From contig CAZKPC010000002.1 in assembly GCA_964554565.1 (NCBI GenBank), positions 14,175 through 78,174 of the forward strand: a DNA stretch of 64,000 bases, given 5' to 3'. Below, one piece after another: positions 18,776 to 27,980 of this stretch. Numbering within the stretch: the first letter of the stretch is position 1; every line of letters starts with the position of its first letter. The position numbers and the translations under genes were made by a program. The notes under the pieces were generated by a model, which worked only from the letters and a program-made list of their open reading frames with translations, did no database searches and was not told the DNA's origin. The stretch is from an uncultured Halobacteriales archaeon. Lineage in GTDB: Archaea; Halobacteriota; Halobacteria; Halobacteriales; Hikarchaeaceae.

Positions 18776-19393
18776 TCAGTGCCACTCGATCCGGAACAGT
18801 TCCACGGGGATCTCGGCGCGGTCCTCGTCGTGAAACCCGAACTGCCGTTCCAGTGCCATCGAAGCCTCGTAGGCGTGGGTGACCCGGCCGCCGTTATCCG
18901 CGGCGAAGGCCTCGACGAACTCCCAGCTCCCGGCGTTATGGATCGCGTAGGAAACGGTCGCGATGCCCGCGACGGTTTTGACGAACGCGCGATCAGCGTG
19001 TTCATGGCCGTCCTGAGCTCCGAACGGCGGGTTCATCACTACGGTGACCTCCTCCATCGAGATCGGGAGGCTGGTGGCGTCGCCCACCACCCAGTCCACC
19101 GGCCTCGGTGGATCGAGCGACCGTTCGTTGCGGACTGCTGTTTCCAGGGCGCGCCGATCGCGTTCGATTCCCACAGCCCGGGGGGCAGCCCGAAGTGCGG
19201 CGCCGAGGGCGAGGATGCCGGTCCCGGTTCCCAGATCGAGCACTGGACGCTCGAGGTCCCCCTGGAGGTCGGCGAGGTGGATCAACGTCGCGGCGATGTC
19301 GGCGGAGCTGGGATACTGCTCCAGCTCCGGCGCCGGCGCCTCGAATCCATCGAGTTCCGCGAGGCGTCGGCCGAGCGCCCGTTTCGATTCCAT
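18776..19393 (-). CDS. class I SAM-dependent methyltransferase (METTL5 / COG2263-like, N6-adenine type)
   Basis: VLDLGTGTGILALGAA (motif I) and VMNPPFG (NPPF motif IV). Confidence 0.8.
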   Translation of the reverse strand: MESKRALGRRLAELDGFEAPAPELEQYPSSADIAATLIHLADLQGDLERPVLDLGTGTGILALGAALRAAPRAVGIERDRRALETAVRNERSLDPPRPVDWVVGDATSLPISMEEVTVVMNPPFGAQDGHEHADRAFVKTVAGIATVSYAIHNAGSWEFVEAFAADNGGRVTHAYEASMALERQFGFHDEDRAEIPVELFRIEWH

Positions 19394-19417
19394 CGGGCGA
19401 ACGACGGGGCCGACCGC

Positions 19418-19813
19418 CTATAGCTCGTCCGTATCGAGACCGTTTATCGTCAGCGTCAGCCCCTCACGCTCCGCCCGTTCGCGAAGGGCCGAAAGGGCCG
19501 GCCGGACCTTGCCGGGATCCTCGATGCAGTCGATCTCGAGGCGGACCGTGCCGACCCCGAGGTAGTCGGCCGCCCGGATCAGCTCCCGGATCCGGTCAGC
19601 TTCTGACTGGGTCGTGAGGCTGCAGTCCGCGTCGAACGCGGCATCGATCTGGAGTTCCGATGGCACGTAGCCCTCGGCGTCGAGTTCCGACTTGAACCGG
19701 TCGAGGTACGGATCGGCAGTCGAAGCAATGGCCCTTGCCGGTATCGTGACCGGGGTCCCGGCCGCCGGCCGGCAGCCGGAGACGGCACCACTGAGATCGA
19801 CGGTCGTGCTCAT
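19418..19813 (-). CDS. hypothetical protein
   Basis: 131-aa acidic ORF with a strong AT-rich TATA region just upstream. No motif recognised. Confidence 0.6.
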   Translation of the reverse strand: MSTTVDLSGAVSGCRPAAGTPVTIPARAIASTADPYLDRFKSELDAEGYVPSELQIDAAFDADCSLTTQSEADRIRELIRAADYLGVGTVRLEIDCIEDPGKVRPALSALRERAEREGLTLTINGLDTDEL

Positions 19814-19830
19814 ATGATTTGAAATACCTT

Positions 19831-19847
19831 CTAATTATATAAATATT
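19831..19847 (-). promoter_or_regulatory. TATA-box region for the gene starting at 19813
   Basis: ctaattatataaatatt lies 18-34 nt upstream of the ATG. This AT-rich patch sits in an otherwise GC-rich context. Confidence 0.5.
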
Positions 19848-19926
19848 GGTATCGATGCATGATAGTAATCACTCCGCTGCCGAACGCAGAGCTTGAGATG
19901 GCGGCCAGCTTGACGATCGCCGGCGC

Positions 19927-20970
19927 TCACCAGGTGCCGTGGAAGGTATCGAAGGACAGGGAATCTAGCGGTTCCTCGCCGATGGCGATGCGGTATTCGC
20001 CGGGCGTCAACATCGGCTTCTTGAACTGCGGTCCGTCGTCCGTGGTGATTCGGGGACAGCCCGTGTTGACGAACGCATCGACGTCGAAATTGATGAGGCG
20101 ATCGGGCGTGATCTCGTCCATGGTTATGAGATAGGCGTCGTCGTTCTCGGCCACGATGTCATCGGCGACGTCCCATCGCCCTTGGCCGATCTTGGTGCAG
20201 AAGATGACGCCCCAGGACTCGGCGTCCATCGCCCGGTGCACCGCCCCGTACCGCTGTTTCATGAACTTCTCGGTGTCGGCGATCGAGACAGTCATGTTCA
20301 CGGGGTCGGCGATCACGACCCGTTTCTCGGGGTGCTCCATGGCGAGCCCTAACGGGTGGAACTTGCCGCCCCCGACGTACAGGATCTGTTCGGCATCGAC
20401 GTCGGCGGACGCGTAGTTGCACCCCAACACCTGGCCGGCGTGGGTGAGCCGCTCGTCCCCCCGCCGGGTCTCGACGCGATAGCCCTCCTCCTCTAAGAGG
20501 GCCCGCATCTCGTCGAACTTGTTCATGTGCTGGGCTGTGGTGACCAGCCCCACCGCCGCCTGCTCAGTCGGAGGCGCGAGCTCGTCGAACGCCTCCCGCA
20601 TGATCGGCGCCACGTCCACGTTGGAGAACAGCGGCACGTAGATGATCTTCTCCGACTCCTTCATCGGGCTGTGGCCGAAGTGAACGAAAACGTCGGTGCG
20701 CTTCATCAGGAACGTATCGAGGTCGCAGGCGCCGTAGCAGGGTTGGCCCGAAATCAGGACCCGCACGCCATCGGGGAGCAGCTTCCGCAGGTCGTCCGCC
20801 ACAGCCGGCCCCCGTCGCTTGAGACCTTCCGGGAACTGGAGGCCCACAGTCTCCGCCTCCCGGTCTCGGACAGCTTCCACGATGCGATCAAGCTCGTAGT
20901 CCCATTCGCGGTCGTGAGTCAGGGCGAGCCCGGTGTTCCGCAGATCCCCCGCGGAACGCTGATCAGCCAT
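19927..20970 (-). CDS. dph2: 2-(3-amino-3-carboxypropyl)histidine synthase (diphthamide synthesis)
   Basis: 347 aa. VGLQFPEGLKRRGPAVADDL...ISGQPCYGACDL...LYVGGGKFHPLG is characteristic of Dph2. Confidence 0.9.
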   Translation of the reverse strand: MADQRSAGDLRNTGLALTHDREWDYELDRIVEAVRDREAETVGLQFPEGLKRRGPAVADDLRKLLPDGVRVLISGQPCYGACDLDTFLMKRTDVFVHFGHSPMKESEKIIYVPLFSNVDVAPIMREAFDELAPPTEQAAVGLVTTAQHMNKFDEMRALLEEEGYRVETRRGDERLTHAGQVLGCNYASADVDAEQILYVGGGKFHPLGLAMEHPEKRVVIADPVNMTVSIADTEKFMKQRYGAVHRAMDAESWGVIFCTKIGQGRWDVADDIVAENDDAYLITMDEITPDRLINFDVDAFVNTGCPRITTDDGPQFKKPMLTPGEYRIAIGEEPLDSLSFDTFHGTW

Positions 20971-21074
20971 TGACCGCTGTTCCCGGGCGAGCGGTATAAC
21001 GACGGCGTTTCACCGTGCCCCGGAAGGAGCCGATTCCAACAGGGTTCTAACGGCGCGGTACGGAGGGTTCTCCC

Positions 21075-21761
21075 ATGGTCGAACTGCCGTTGGAACACGA
21101 GTTCGTCCCGCCGCAGTCAGCTGCTGGCGGCCCGTCGCCCGTGGTGATCGTGCTGCACGGGCGGGGCGCGGACGAACAGGACCTGTTGCCGGTCGCGCGC
21201 CAGCTCCCGGACGAGTTGGCCGCGCTGAGCCTTCGCGCCCCGGAGGCCCTGATGGGCGGCTATACCTGGTACGAAATCGACATGTCGGCCGGCGGGCTCC
21301 ACCAGAGCCAGCCGGATCCCGAGGGCTTCCGACGCAGCCTTGATCTTGTCAGCGAGGCCGTCTCCGCCGCGCCGGAGCGCTACAATATCGACTCGGATCG
21401 GGTCGGCCTCCTGGGATTCAGCCAAGGAGCCATCATGACGTTCTCGCTGCTGCTCGAACGGCCGGACCGCTATGGCTGGATCAGCGCCCATCACGGCTAT
21501 TTGGCGGAGACGCACGCCGACTTGGCTCCCGATGGCGTCAGCGGAACCCCGGTGTTCATCGGGGCCGGCACCGCCGACCAGTTGATCCCCGCAAGCCGGG
21601 CCGAGACCGCGGCCGAGCGGTTCCGATCGCTCGGGTGTGAAGTGACCTACGAGACCTATCCGGTCGGTCACGGGATCGGTCAGCAGGAGCTGGCCGACCT
21701 CGTCACGTTCGTCGAAGCCACACTCGAGTCAGGCGCGGACGGAGAATCACCGGCAGGTTGA
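21075..21761 (+). CDS. alpha/beta hydrolase (phospholipase/carboxylesterase family)
   Basis: VVIVLHGRGADEQDL, nucleophile elbow GFSQGA, and a C-terminal VGHGI. Confidence 0.85.
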   Translation: MVELPLEHEFVPPQSAAGGPSPVVIVLHGRGADEQDLLPVARQLPDELAALSLRAPEALMGGYTWYEIDMSAGGLHQSQPDPEGFRRSLDLVSEAVSAAPERYNIDSDRVGLLGFSQGAIMTFSLLLERPDRYGWISAHHGYLAETHADLAPDGVSGTPVFIGAGTADQLIPASRAETAAERFRSLGCEVTYETYPVGHGIGQQELADLVTFVEATLESGADGESPAG

Positions 21762-21788
21762 AAGGCGCCGCGGGCGAAGCGGACGTCG

Positions 21789-22184
21789 ATGAGCGTCGAT
21801 ACCGAACCGGCCGCCGAAGAGCGGCCGGCCGTCGATGAAATGGGTCGTGAACTGGGGGAGGCGATCGCGGAGCTGCCGGAGTACGAAGCCTTCGAGGTGG
21901 CTCGCGAAGCCGTGCAAGCTGACGACGAAGCCCAGGAGAAGATCAAGGAGTTCGAGCAGGTCCGCCAGCAGTTCATGTTGGCCAAGCAGTCCGGGCAGGC
22001 CGAGGAGGAGGACCTCGAAAGCGTCCAGACCGCCCAGGAGGAGCTGCACTCTCTGCCCGTCATGGCTGAATTCATCGAGGCCCAGGAGGAACTCGTCGAT
22101 CGGCTCGAGGACGTGAACAAAGCCATCTCCGAGCCGTTGGCGATCGACTTCGGCGGCGAGGCCGGCGGCTGCTGTCAGGACTGA
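21789..22184 (+). CDS. YlbF/YmcA-like helical protein
   Basis: 131 aa, highly acidic and helical. The EYEAFEVAREAVQADDEAQEKIKEFEQVRQQF pattern resembles YlbF-family proteins. C-terminal GGCCQD. Confidence 0.6.
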   Translation: MSVDTEPAAEERPAVDEMGRELGEAIAELPEYEAFEVAREAVQADDEAQEKIKEFEQVRQQFMLAKQSGQAEEEDLESVQTAQEELHSLPVMAEFIEAQEELVDRLEDVNKAISEPLAIDFGGEAGGCCQD

Positions 22185-22260
22185 GCAGTACCCTGGTCGA
22201 TGGGTGACGACGCCACATCGGGAGCACAACGTTTAGCGACCGTCCGGTCCCAGAACCCCC

Positions 22261-23094
22261 ATGAGTATTCACTCAGACTGGGGTGATTGGCTGCCCCGCG
22301 AGATCGAAGACGCTGAGCCCGACGGTGTCGACGTCTGGTATCTCGGCTGTAACGGCTTCGTGCTCAAGGCTGCCGACGGGACGACGCTGCTCATCGATCC
22401 GTACCTCGGCACCGGCGACCCGCCCCGGACCGTCCGTATGATTCCGGTGCCGTTCGAGCCGCAGGCGGTCGCCGCGGCCGATGCGATCCTGGTCAGCCAT
22501 GAACACGTCGATCACGTCCACGGGCCCACGCAGGCGCCGATCATCGCCGGGACCGGCGCGACGTTCTATGGCCCCGATGCGAGCATCGCGGTCACGAACG
22601 AGGAGGGGTGGGTCGAGCGCTGGGACCTGGACGCCGATCGGTTCGTGACCCTCGCTGAGGGCGACACCTTCCAGGTCGGTGCCTTCACGATCAATGTCGA
22701 ACCTGCCCACGACCCGGACGCCGTCCATCCAGTCTCCTACATCATCGAGTCCGAGGCTGGCACCTTCCTACATGCCGGCGATTCGAAACCGGCCGACCGG
22801 CTAGCGAACCTCGGCGAGCAGTACGATATCGACCTCGGCTGTCTCGCGTTCGGTTCGACCGGGCAGATCCCGGACTCGGAGACCGGCGAACCCGGGCTAA
22901 CCAAATGGTATGCCGACGAGGACGGGGTCATCGATCTGGCGAACCAGTTCCAGGTCGATCGGCTCCTGCCGAGCCATCACGACATGTGGAAAGGCATGAC
23001 CGCCGAACCTACGGCGTTGTTCGATCACGCCCGCCGCCGGTCGTATCCGAAACGGATCGAGATCGTCGAGATCGGGGATCGGGTATCGGTGTAA
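22261..23094 (+). CDS. MBL-fold metallo-hydrolase
   Basis: ILVSHEHVDHVHG (HxHxDH motif). Confidence 0.85.
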   Translation: MSIHSDWGDWLPREIEDAEPDGVDVWYLGCNGFVLKAADGTTLLIDPYLGTGDPPRTVRMIPVPFEPQAVAAADAILVSHEHVDHVHGPTQAPIIAGTGATFYGPDASIAVTNEEGWVERWDLDADRFVTLAEGDTFQVGAFTINVEPAHDPDAVHPVSYIIESEAGTFLHAGDSKPADRLANLGEQYDIDLGCLAFGSTGQIPDSETGEPGLTKWYADEDGVIDLANQFQVDRLLPSHHDMWKGMTAEPTALFDHARRRSYPKRIEIVEIGDRVSV

Positions 23095-23133
23095 GCCCCG
23101 GCCTCCACACAGTCGACGGCGCTTCGATGGCCT

Positions 23134-24396
23134 TCATTGACCCAGCGCTTCGGCGAATCGCCGCGGCAGCCGGGTGTATACCTGGGCGTTCCCACGGAGG
23201 ATTTCGACAGTTGTGTACTCGTTGTCGGCATGAACGGTATCGGTCCCGAGGGCGAACTCGACGGTCGGTACGCCCGCGTTACGCAGCGTCTTCGCGTCGC
23301 CGCCCCCAGTCGCGCTCCGGCGGTAGACGCGTTCGTCCGTCACCTCCTGAGCGATGTCTTGGGTCGCGCGGACGATCGGCTGCTGGAGGTCGAGGTAGGT
23401 GCCGATACTCCAGGTGATGTCGGCCACGGTCACGCCCTCACACGTCTCGACACAGGCGCGGATGTCCTCGATCACGTCCGGGGTGTGCACAGCCGGGGCC
23501 AGTCTGATATCGAGGCGGGCCCGCGCGGACTCGGGGACGGCGTTCACCGCCGTGCCACCCTCGATGGTCCCGAGATTGATCGACGGGTGATAGAACAGCT
23601 CTCTCGCCTCTTCCTGGCCCATCAACGGTCCGTAGTACTCGATCGACTCCTGGATGATGGCTTCGACGGGGTCCGCGAGCTCCAACGGCCGGCCGCCGAA
23701 CCGCTCACGGAGGGTTTCGACGCCCCGATAGAGCCGGTCGATCGCGTTCTCCCCGAGGGCCGGACGTGAACCATGGGCGCCGGCCCCGACGGCTTCGAGG
23801 GTCAGCCAGATCGACCCGCGATCCGCGACGGTCAGGGAGTGGCGCCCGTCCTCGCAGGTCGTCTCGCCGATCACGCAGGCGTCCGCTGCCAATCCATCCT
23901 CCAGAAGCGCGGGGAGGCCGGCCTCGCCGCCGACCTCCTCGTCGGACACGAAGGCGAACAGCAGATCGACCGGAGGCGTCTCCTCGCTTTCGGCGTATCC
24001 GCGCGCGGCGGCGAGCATCGACGCGACAGCGCCCTTCATATCCGCGGCCCCACGACCGTAGATCCGGTCGCCGTCCCGAGCTCCCAGCGGGTCGCGTTCC
24101 CAGCTCTCACGATCGAAGGGCACGGTATCGAGGTGACCGTTCAGGAGCAGGGTTTCGGATCGATCGCCGGGGATTCGGGCCAGCAAGTTCGGCTTCGCGG
24201 GATCCACCGCGAGACGATCGGTCCCGATTCCGAGATCCGTCAGCGTCTCCTCGATGAAGTCGATGGCCCGACGGGTTTCTCCCGGCGGGTTCTGGGTGTC
24301 CAACCCCAGGAGGTGCAGGGTCTCAGAGACGAGCTGATCGATGTTCGCCTCCACGTGGTCGGACGCGGACGGAGGCGCGCTAGCTTCGTTTCCCAT
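23134..24396 (-). CDS. M20-family metallopeptidase (ArgE/DapE-like), paralog of 7503..8759
   Basis: LLLNGHLDTVP, GRGAADMKG and SDEEVGGEAG motifs. Confidence 0.85.
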   Translation of the reverse strand: MGNEASAPPSASDHVEANIDQLVSETLHLLGLDTQNPPGETRRAIDFIEETLTDLGIGTDRLAVDPAKPNLLARIPGDRSETLLLNGHLDTVPFDRESWERDPLGARDGDRIYGRGAADMKGAVASMLAAARGYAESEETPPVDLLFAFVSDEEVGGEAGLPALLEDGLAADACVIGETTCEDGRHSLTVADRGSIWLTLEAVGAGAHGSRPALGENAIDRLYRGVETLRERFGGRPLELADPVEAIIQESIEYYGPLMGQEEARELFYHPSINLGTIEGGTAVNAVPESARARLDIRLAPAVHTPDVIEDIRACVETCEGVTVADITWSIGTYLDLQQPIVRATQDIAQEVTDERVYRRSATGGGDAKTLRNAGVPTVEFALGTDTVHADNEYTTVEILRGNAQVYTRLPRRFAEALGQ

Positions 24397-24423
24397 GCGC
24401 CAGTGCTTGTGATTGTAGAGTGC

Positions 24424-24831
24424 TCATTCAGGCATCGGATCCGTCGGGGCCTGCTCGCCGTATTCCTCCCGGAACTCGGTCACGAGGTCGGTCATCTTGG
24501 CGTGCCACTGATCGATCAGTTCGGACATGTCCGCGGCGACCTCGTCCGGATCGACTGGCCGGTAGACGTGATAGTAGCCCCCGTGATCGTAGTTGACCTG
24601 GTCCTTGGTGAGGAAGCCGGCATCGAGCAGCCGATGCACCGAGCGATAGGCGGTCGAGCGCTCTCGGTCGACTCGTTCGGCGATCTCGTCGATAGTGAGC
24701 GGTTGCTTGGCCTTCGCGACCTTACGGAAACAATCGCGGTCAAGGTCCGAGAGCCCGTGGACACACTCGAGGAGGTCCTCGCAAGCCAGGTCCCGTCGCA
24801 GCTCCTCTGCCACCGACGTTCCCATGGCCAC
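24424..24831 (-). CDS. TrmB-like helix-turn-helix transcriptional regulator
   Basis: LSDLDRDCFRKVAKAKQPLTIDEIAERVDRERSTAYRSVHRLLDAGFL. Confidence 0.7.
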   Translation of the reverse strand: MAMGTSVAEELRRDLACEDLLECVHGLSDLDRDCFRKVAKAKQPLTIDEIAERVDRERSTAYRSVHRLLDAGFLTKDQVNYDHGGYYHVYRPVDPDEVAADMSELIDQWHAKMTDLVTEFREEYGEQAPTDPMPE

Positions 24832-24974
24832 TCTATCGACCCGGCCGGCCTAAAAGCGTTTGTACAGTATGCACACAACCGATCCATGGGATACCGATCC
24901 TCGGGTCTTCCCGGTCCGCAGTCGAACCGGGCGGACGATAGAACCAAACCGTGGACGCCCGGGCTTCCGGACCG

Positions 24975-25442
24975 ATGGACCTGCACGACGAACCGATCCC
25001 AGAGGAGCAGTTCGCGATCTGCCAACGCCACCTGCCCGAAACCTGTGTCGAGGTGTTCCTCGAACACGACGGTGCGGTCCTCCTAGCCCGGCGAACGAAC
25101 AAGCCCGCGCAGGGTGAGTGGTTCACCCCCGGGGCGCGCCTGTACAAGGGCGAGGAGCTCCCGGGCGCCGCCCATCGAGTCGCGGCCGAGGAGCTCGGGA
25201 TCGAGATCGATCTCCAGGGTCAGCTGGGTGTGCATAGCCATTTTTGGGAGACGTCCGCCGTCCTGGGCGTCGAGTCTCGCCACACCGTGAACATCGTCTA
25301 CCGTGCGTCGCCCGCCCGATCGGCGTTCGAGATCACCCTCGACGAGCAGCACGATGCCTACAGATTCGTCTCCGAACCGGAGCCTGACTTCCATGAATAC
25401 ATGCGCCGTTATCTGCGGCAGGCAGGCTACGAGTCGGAGTAA
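24975..25442 (+). CDS. NUDIX hydrolase
   Basis: Nudix box GARLYKGEELPGAAHRVAAEELGI. Start trimmed to the ATG at 24975. Confidence 0.8.
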   Translation: MDLHDEPIPEEQFAICQRHLPETCVEVFLEHDGAVLLARRTNKPAQGEWFTPGARLYKGEELPGAAHRVAAEELGIEIDLQGQLGVHSHFWETSAVLGVESRHTVNIVYRASPARSAFEITLDEQHDAYRFVSEPEPDFHEYMRRYLRQAGYESE

Positions 25443-25475
25443 ACGAACCGGTTACCCGGCGGTGGGTCCGCCGCC

Positions 25476-25622
25476 TCAGAGCTCGAACCGGGCGATCTCG
25501 GAGGACTGGCAGGCGGGGCACTGGTTCGCGTTCCCCGGCAACCCAGTTCCGCAACGGCGACATTCGTAGTGGGCCGTTTCGCGGCTGGGCCGCCCCAGTA
25601 GGATCCGCACGGTCTCGATCAT
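25476..25622 (-). CDS. 48-aa zinc-ribbon microprotein (not in the ORF track)
   Basis: Own translation: MIETVRILLGRPSRETAHYECRRCGTGLPGNANQCPACQSSEIARFEL. It has two CxxC pairs and high GC3. ATG complement at 25620-25622, stop at 25476-25478. Confidence 0.45.
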   Translation of the reverse strand: MIETVRILLGRPSRETAHYECRRCGTGLPGNANQCPACQSSEIARFEL

Positions 25623-25773
25623 GGGTGGGATCGCCTTGTCGGTCTGCGATCAGGATTAGGTCCCTGATCCCGATTATAAACTGGCCAACCACACCGGAAC
25701 TGAAAACCGGGTGACGGCGGGCGGGCTACGATAAGAGTGCCCCTTCGAGCCCGGGTTCCTCCGGGTCACGCCC

Positions 25774-26511
25774 TTAGCCCGCTGGAGCCGCGGGCTCGCC
25801 GTCCACCGTGTCGGGAGTAACGTCGAACCCGGCTGCAACGGCCCCGTTTGCGAAGAGGTAGCCACCGGAAACGAACGCGTAGAACGAGACGAACCCGCTG
25901 AGGACGAGCCCGATCCCCACCGCATTGAGCAGGCCCAAAACGACAGTAGCGGCCGCCATGACTCCGAGCGCCAGCAACCAGACCGACCCGTAGGCATCGG
26001 ATCGGGCGAGGCGGCTCATATCGTCGACGGCGAGCGCTGCGCGGAGCCGTCGGGTGCGGGCGAGGTGGACGAGTGCGGCCGGAGCGACGTACAGGACCAA
26101 CAGGGCCAAACCCCCGAGCAAGAGACCACCGAGGAACGCGAGCCCGCCAGTGGCGCCAGGACCGGTCACTCCAGCCAGCCCACCGTCGAACCGGAACCCA
26201 GCCAGCCCGAGGAGGAAGACCACCACTCCGAACCCGGCGATAAGCGGCAGGGCCACGACGATCAACAACACGATCGCCCCTTTCAGGCCGTCGACCAGGA
26301 GTTCGGCCCAGGCGTCGAACACGGGTGGCTCGTTGGCGCCGCTCATGGTGGCTCCGACGACCCGCAGGTTGTACCCCAACACGAGCAGAGCCGGCACGAC
26401 CAGCGGGCTCAGCAGAGTCAGGATCCCGCCGCCCACCAAGGTGGTCCCGGAGTCGCCGTCGTTCCACGGGTAGAGCAGGGCCGCTTTCAGGAGCGAGGCA
26501 TCCAGGGCCAT
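25774..26511 (-). CDS. DUF4013-like polytopic membrane protein
   Basis: MALDASLLKAALLYPWNDGDSGTTLVGGGILTLLSPLVVPALLVLGYNLRVV... followed by multiple hydrophobic helices. Confidence 0.7.
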   Translation of the reverse strand: MALDASLLKAALLYPWNDGDSGTTLVGGGILTLLSPLVVPALLVLGYNLRVVGATMSGANEPPVFDAWAELLVDGLKGAIVLLIVVALPLIAGFGVVVFLLGLAGFRFDGGLAGVTGPGATGGLAFLGGLLLGGLALLVLYVAPAALVHLARTRRLRAALAVDDMSRLARSDAYGSVWLLALGVMAAATVVLGLLNAVGIGLVLSGFVSFYAFVSGGYLFANGAVAAGFDVTPDTVDGEPAAPAG

Positions 26512-26668
26512 CGAGTCAATGACAGTACTCAGGCTGTCAAAGGTCCTTCGGGGCGCGAAACGTGTATGAATCGCCTGCAGCCGTCAACCCACTACGACTC
26601 AAGCCTCCTCTAACGGGGCGACGTCTCTACTCAGGAATCGAACTGCAGGAACGGGATCCAGGGGGCCG

Positions 26669-27040
26669 TCAGCCCTGGACTTCGATCTCCGTGCCGCGGA
26701 CGCGGGCGGTCAGGATCGGGAGGCGGACCTCGAGCACGCCGTTGCGGTACTGGGCCTCGATCTCGTCGGGCTCGATCTCTTTAGGGACCCGGAAGGTACG
26801 GCGATAGCTCTTCCGCCGGCCGCGATCGGGGTCCTCACGCTCGGCCCAGACGAACAACCGGCCCTCGTCCCAACTGACATTGACGTCCTCGAGATCGTAG
26901 CCCGGCATGTCGATGTTGAGGACGAACTGGTCGTCCTCCTCGTACAGTTCGAAGTCGTCGGCGCCGGTGCCGAAAAGTCGGGACGGTCGGTCGAGGCTTT
27001 GCGTCCAGCTATCGGAACTGCGGGATGGGAGCATTGTCAC
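26669..27040 (-). CDS. Hsp20/alpha-crystallin small heat-shock protein
   Basis: FVLNIDMPGYDLEDVNVSWDEGRLFVWAERE...RRTFRVPKEIEPDEIEAQYRNGVLEVRLP. Confidence 0.9.
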   Translation of the reverse strand: MTMLPSRSSDSWTQSLDRPSRLFGTGADDFELYEEDDQFVLNIDMPGYDLEDVNVSWDEGRLFVWAEREDPDRGRRKSYRRTFRVPKEIEPDEIEAQYRNGVLEVRLPILTARVRGTEIEVQG

Positions 27041-27070
27041 TCACCACCTTGAACGTTGATTGATTCCGGT

Positions 27071-27080
27071 TCTATATAAG
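27071..27080 (-). promoter_or_regulatory. TATA box for the hsp20 gene
   Basis: tctatataag lies 31-40 nt upstream of the ATG at 27040. Confidence 0.45.
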
Positions 27081-27232
27081 CTTTCTGGAGTTCTCCGAAC
27101 AGCGGTGTGCCAGCTGATGTGAGTCCGTCAACATCGCACCTGAGCCAGTTATCGGTGGTCAAACTACGGCGCCCGAATGAGCGTCAAAGATAACCGCGAT
27201 GCAGCCCAAGGCACAATCGACCCGACGCCGCC

Positions 27233-27877
27233 ATGAGTGAGGACTATTACGCCCTGCTCGGCGTCGATCCGGCGGCCTCCGAGGAGGCCATCCTGCAGGC
27301 GTATCGCGAGAAGGCCGCTGAACACCACCCCGATGTCAGCGACGCCGACGATGCGGAGTCGACCTTCCAACGCCTCCAGGAGGCGAAGGACGTTTTGACG
27401 GACGAGGAGCGACGGCGTGAATACGACCGTGTCGGCCACGACGAGTACCTCGCGGATTCGGAGCCCCGTCGGACTCCTGGACAAGCGACTACTAGGCCCC
27501 GGAAACGGGCGGATCGGCAAGCAAACCGGAGTGGTTGGGCCGGTGGCTTCGGATCGCTCCTCGAGGATTTCTTCGGAGCACCGACTGTCTGGTCCCCCAC
27601 TCGTGAACGCCAGCCCTCCGGATCCAGTGCGGCCTGGGACCCGTTCGTGATCGATCTCGAAGCCCGACTCAAGGAGCAGGCGGGAGGTGGTCCGTCCGAT
27701 CCGACCGGCGCAGACTCCGGGCCAGCCGATCGGAGTGCTTCAGGACGGTCGGACTGCCCCCGCTGCGGGGGCCGGGGTCGGTTCGTTCACGAGATCGATA
27801 CGGCACGGGGCCGGACCCGTCAGCTCGAACCCTGTGAACGGTGTGGGGGCAGCGGCGCGGTCGACGACATCGAGTGA
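27233..27877 (+). CDS. J-domain protein with C-terminal CxxCGG zinc finger
   Basis: [32 protein letters not shown] (HPD motif). C-terminal [10 protein letters not shown]...CERCGGSG. Confidence 0.8.
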   Translation: MSEDYYALLGVDPAASEEAILQAYREKAAEHHPDVSDADDAESTFQRLQEAKDVLTDEERRREYDRVGHDEYLADSEPRRTPGQATTRPRKRADRQANRSGWAGGFGSLLEDFFGAPTVWSPTRERQPSGSSAAWDPFVIDLEARLKEQAGGGPSDPTGADSGPADRSASGRSDCPRCGGRGRFVHEIDTARGRTRQLEPCERCGGSGAVDDIE

Positions 27878-27980
27878 GTACGGCTGGATATCCTGGACCG
27901 AGGGCCGGGTTGGGCCTCGCCTCGAAGCAAGCTGCGTAGCAACCAAACCCTCAAAGCCCCCGCCGTCGAGCGTTCGCTCA

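Noticed and set aside
23773-25086. 437-aa plus-strand ORF
   Set aside because: It is antisense to the M20 peptidase and TrmB-like genes. Basic low-complexity composition marks it as a shadow ORF.
27068-27100. Eukaryote-like heat-shock element (nGAAnnTTCn) in the hsp20/J-protein spacer
   Set aside because: TTCtggagTTCtccGAAc does not keep the 2-nt spacing of HSE units, and archaea are not known to use HSF-type elements.
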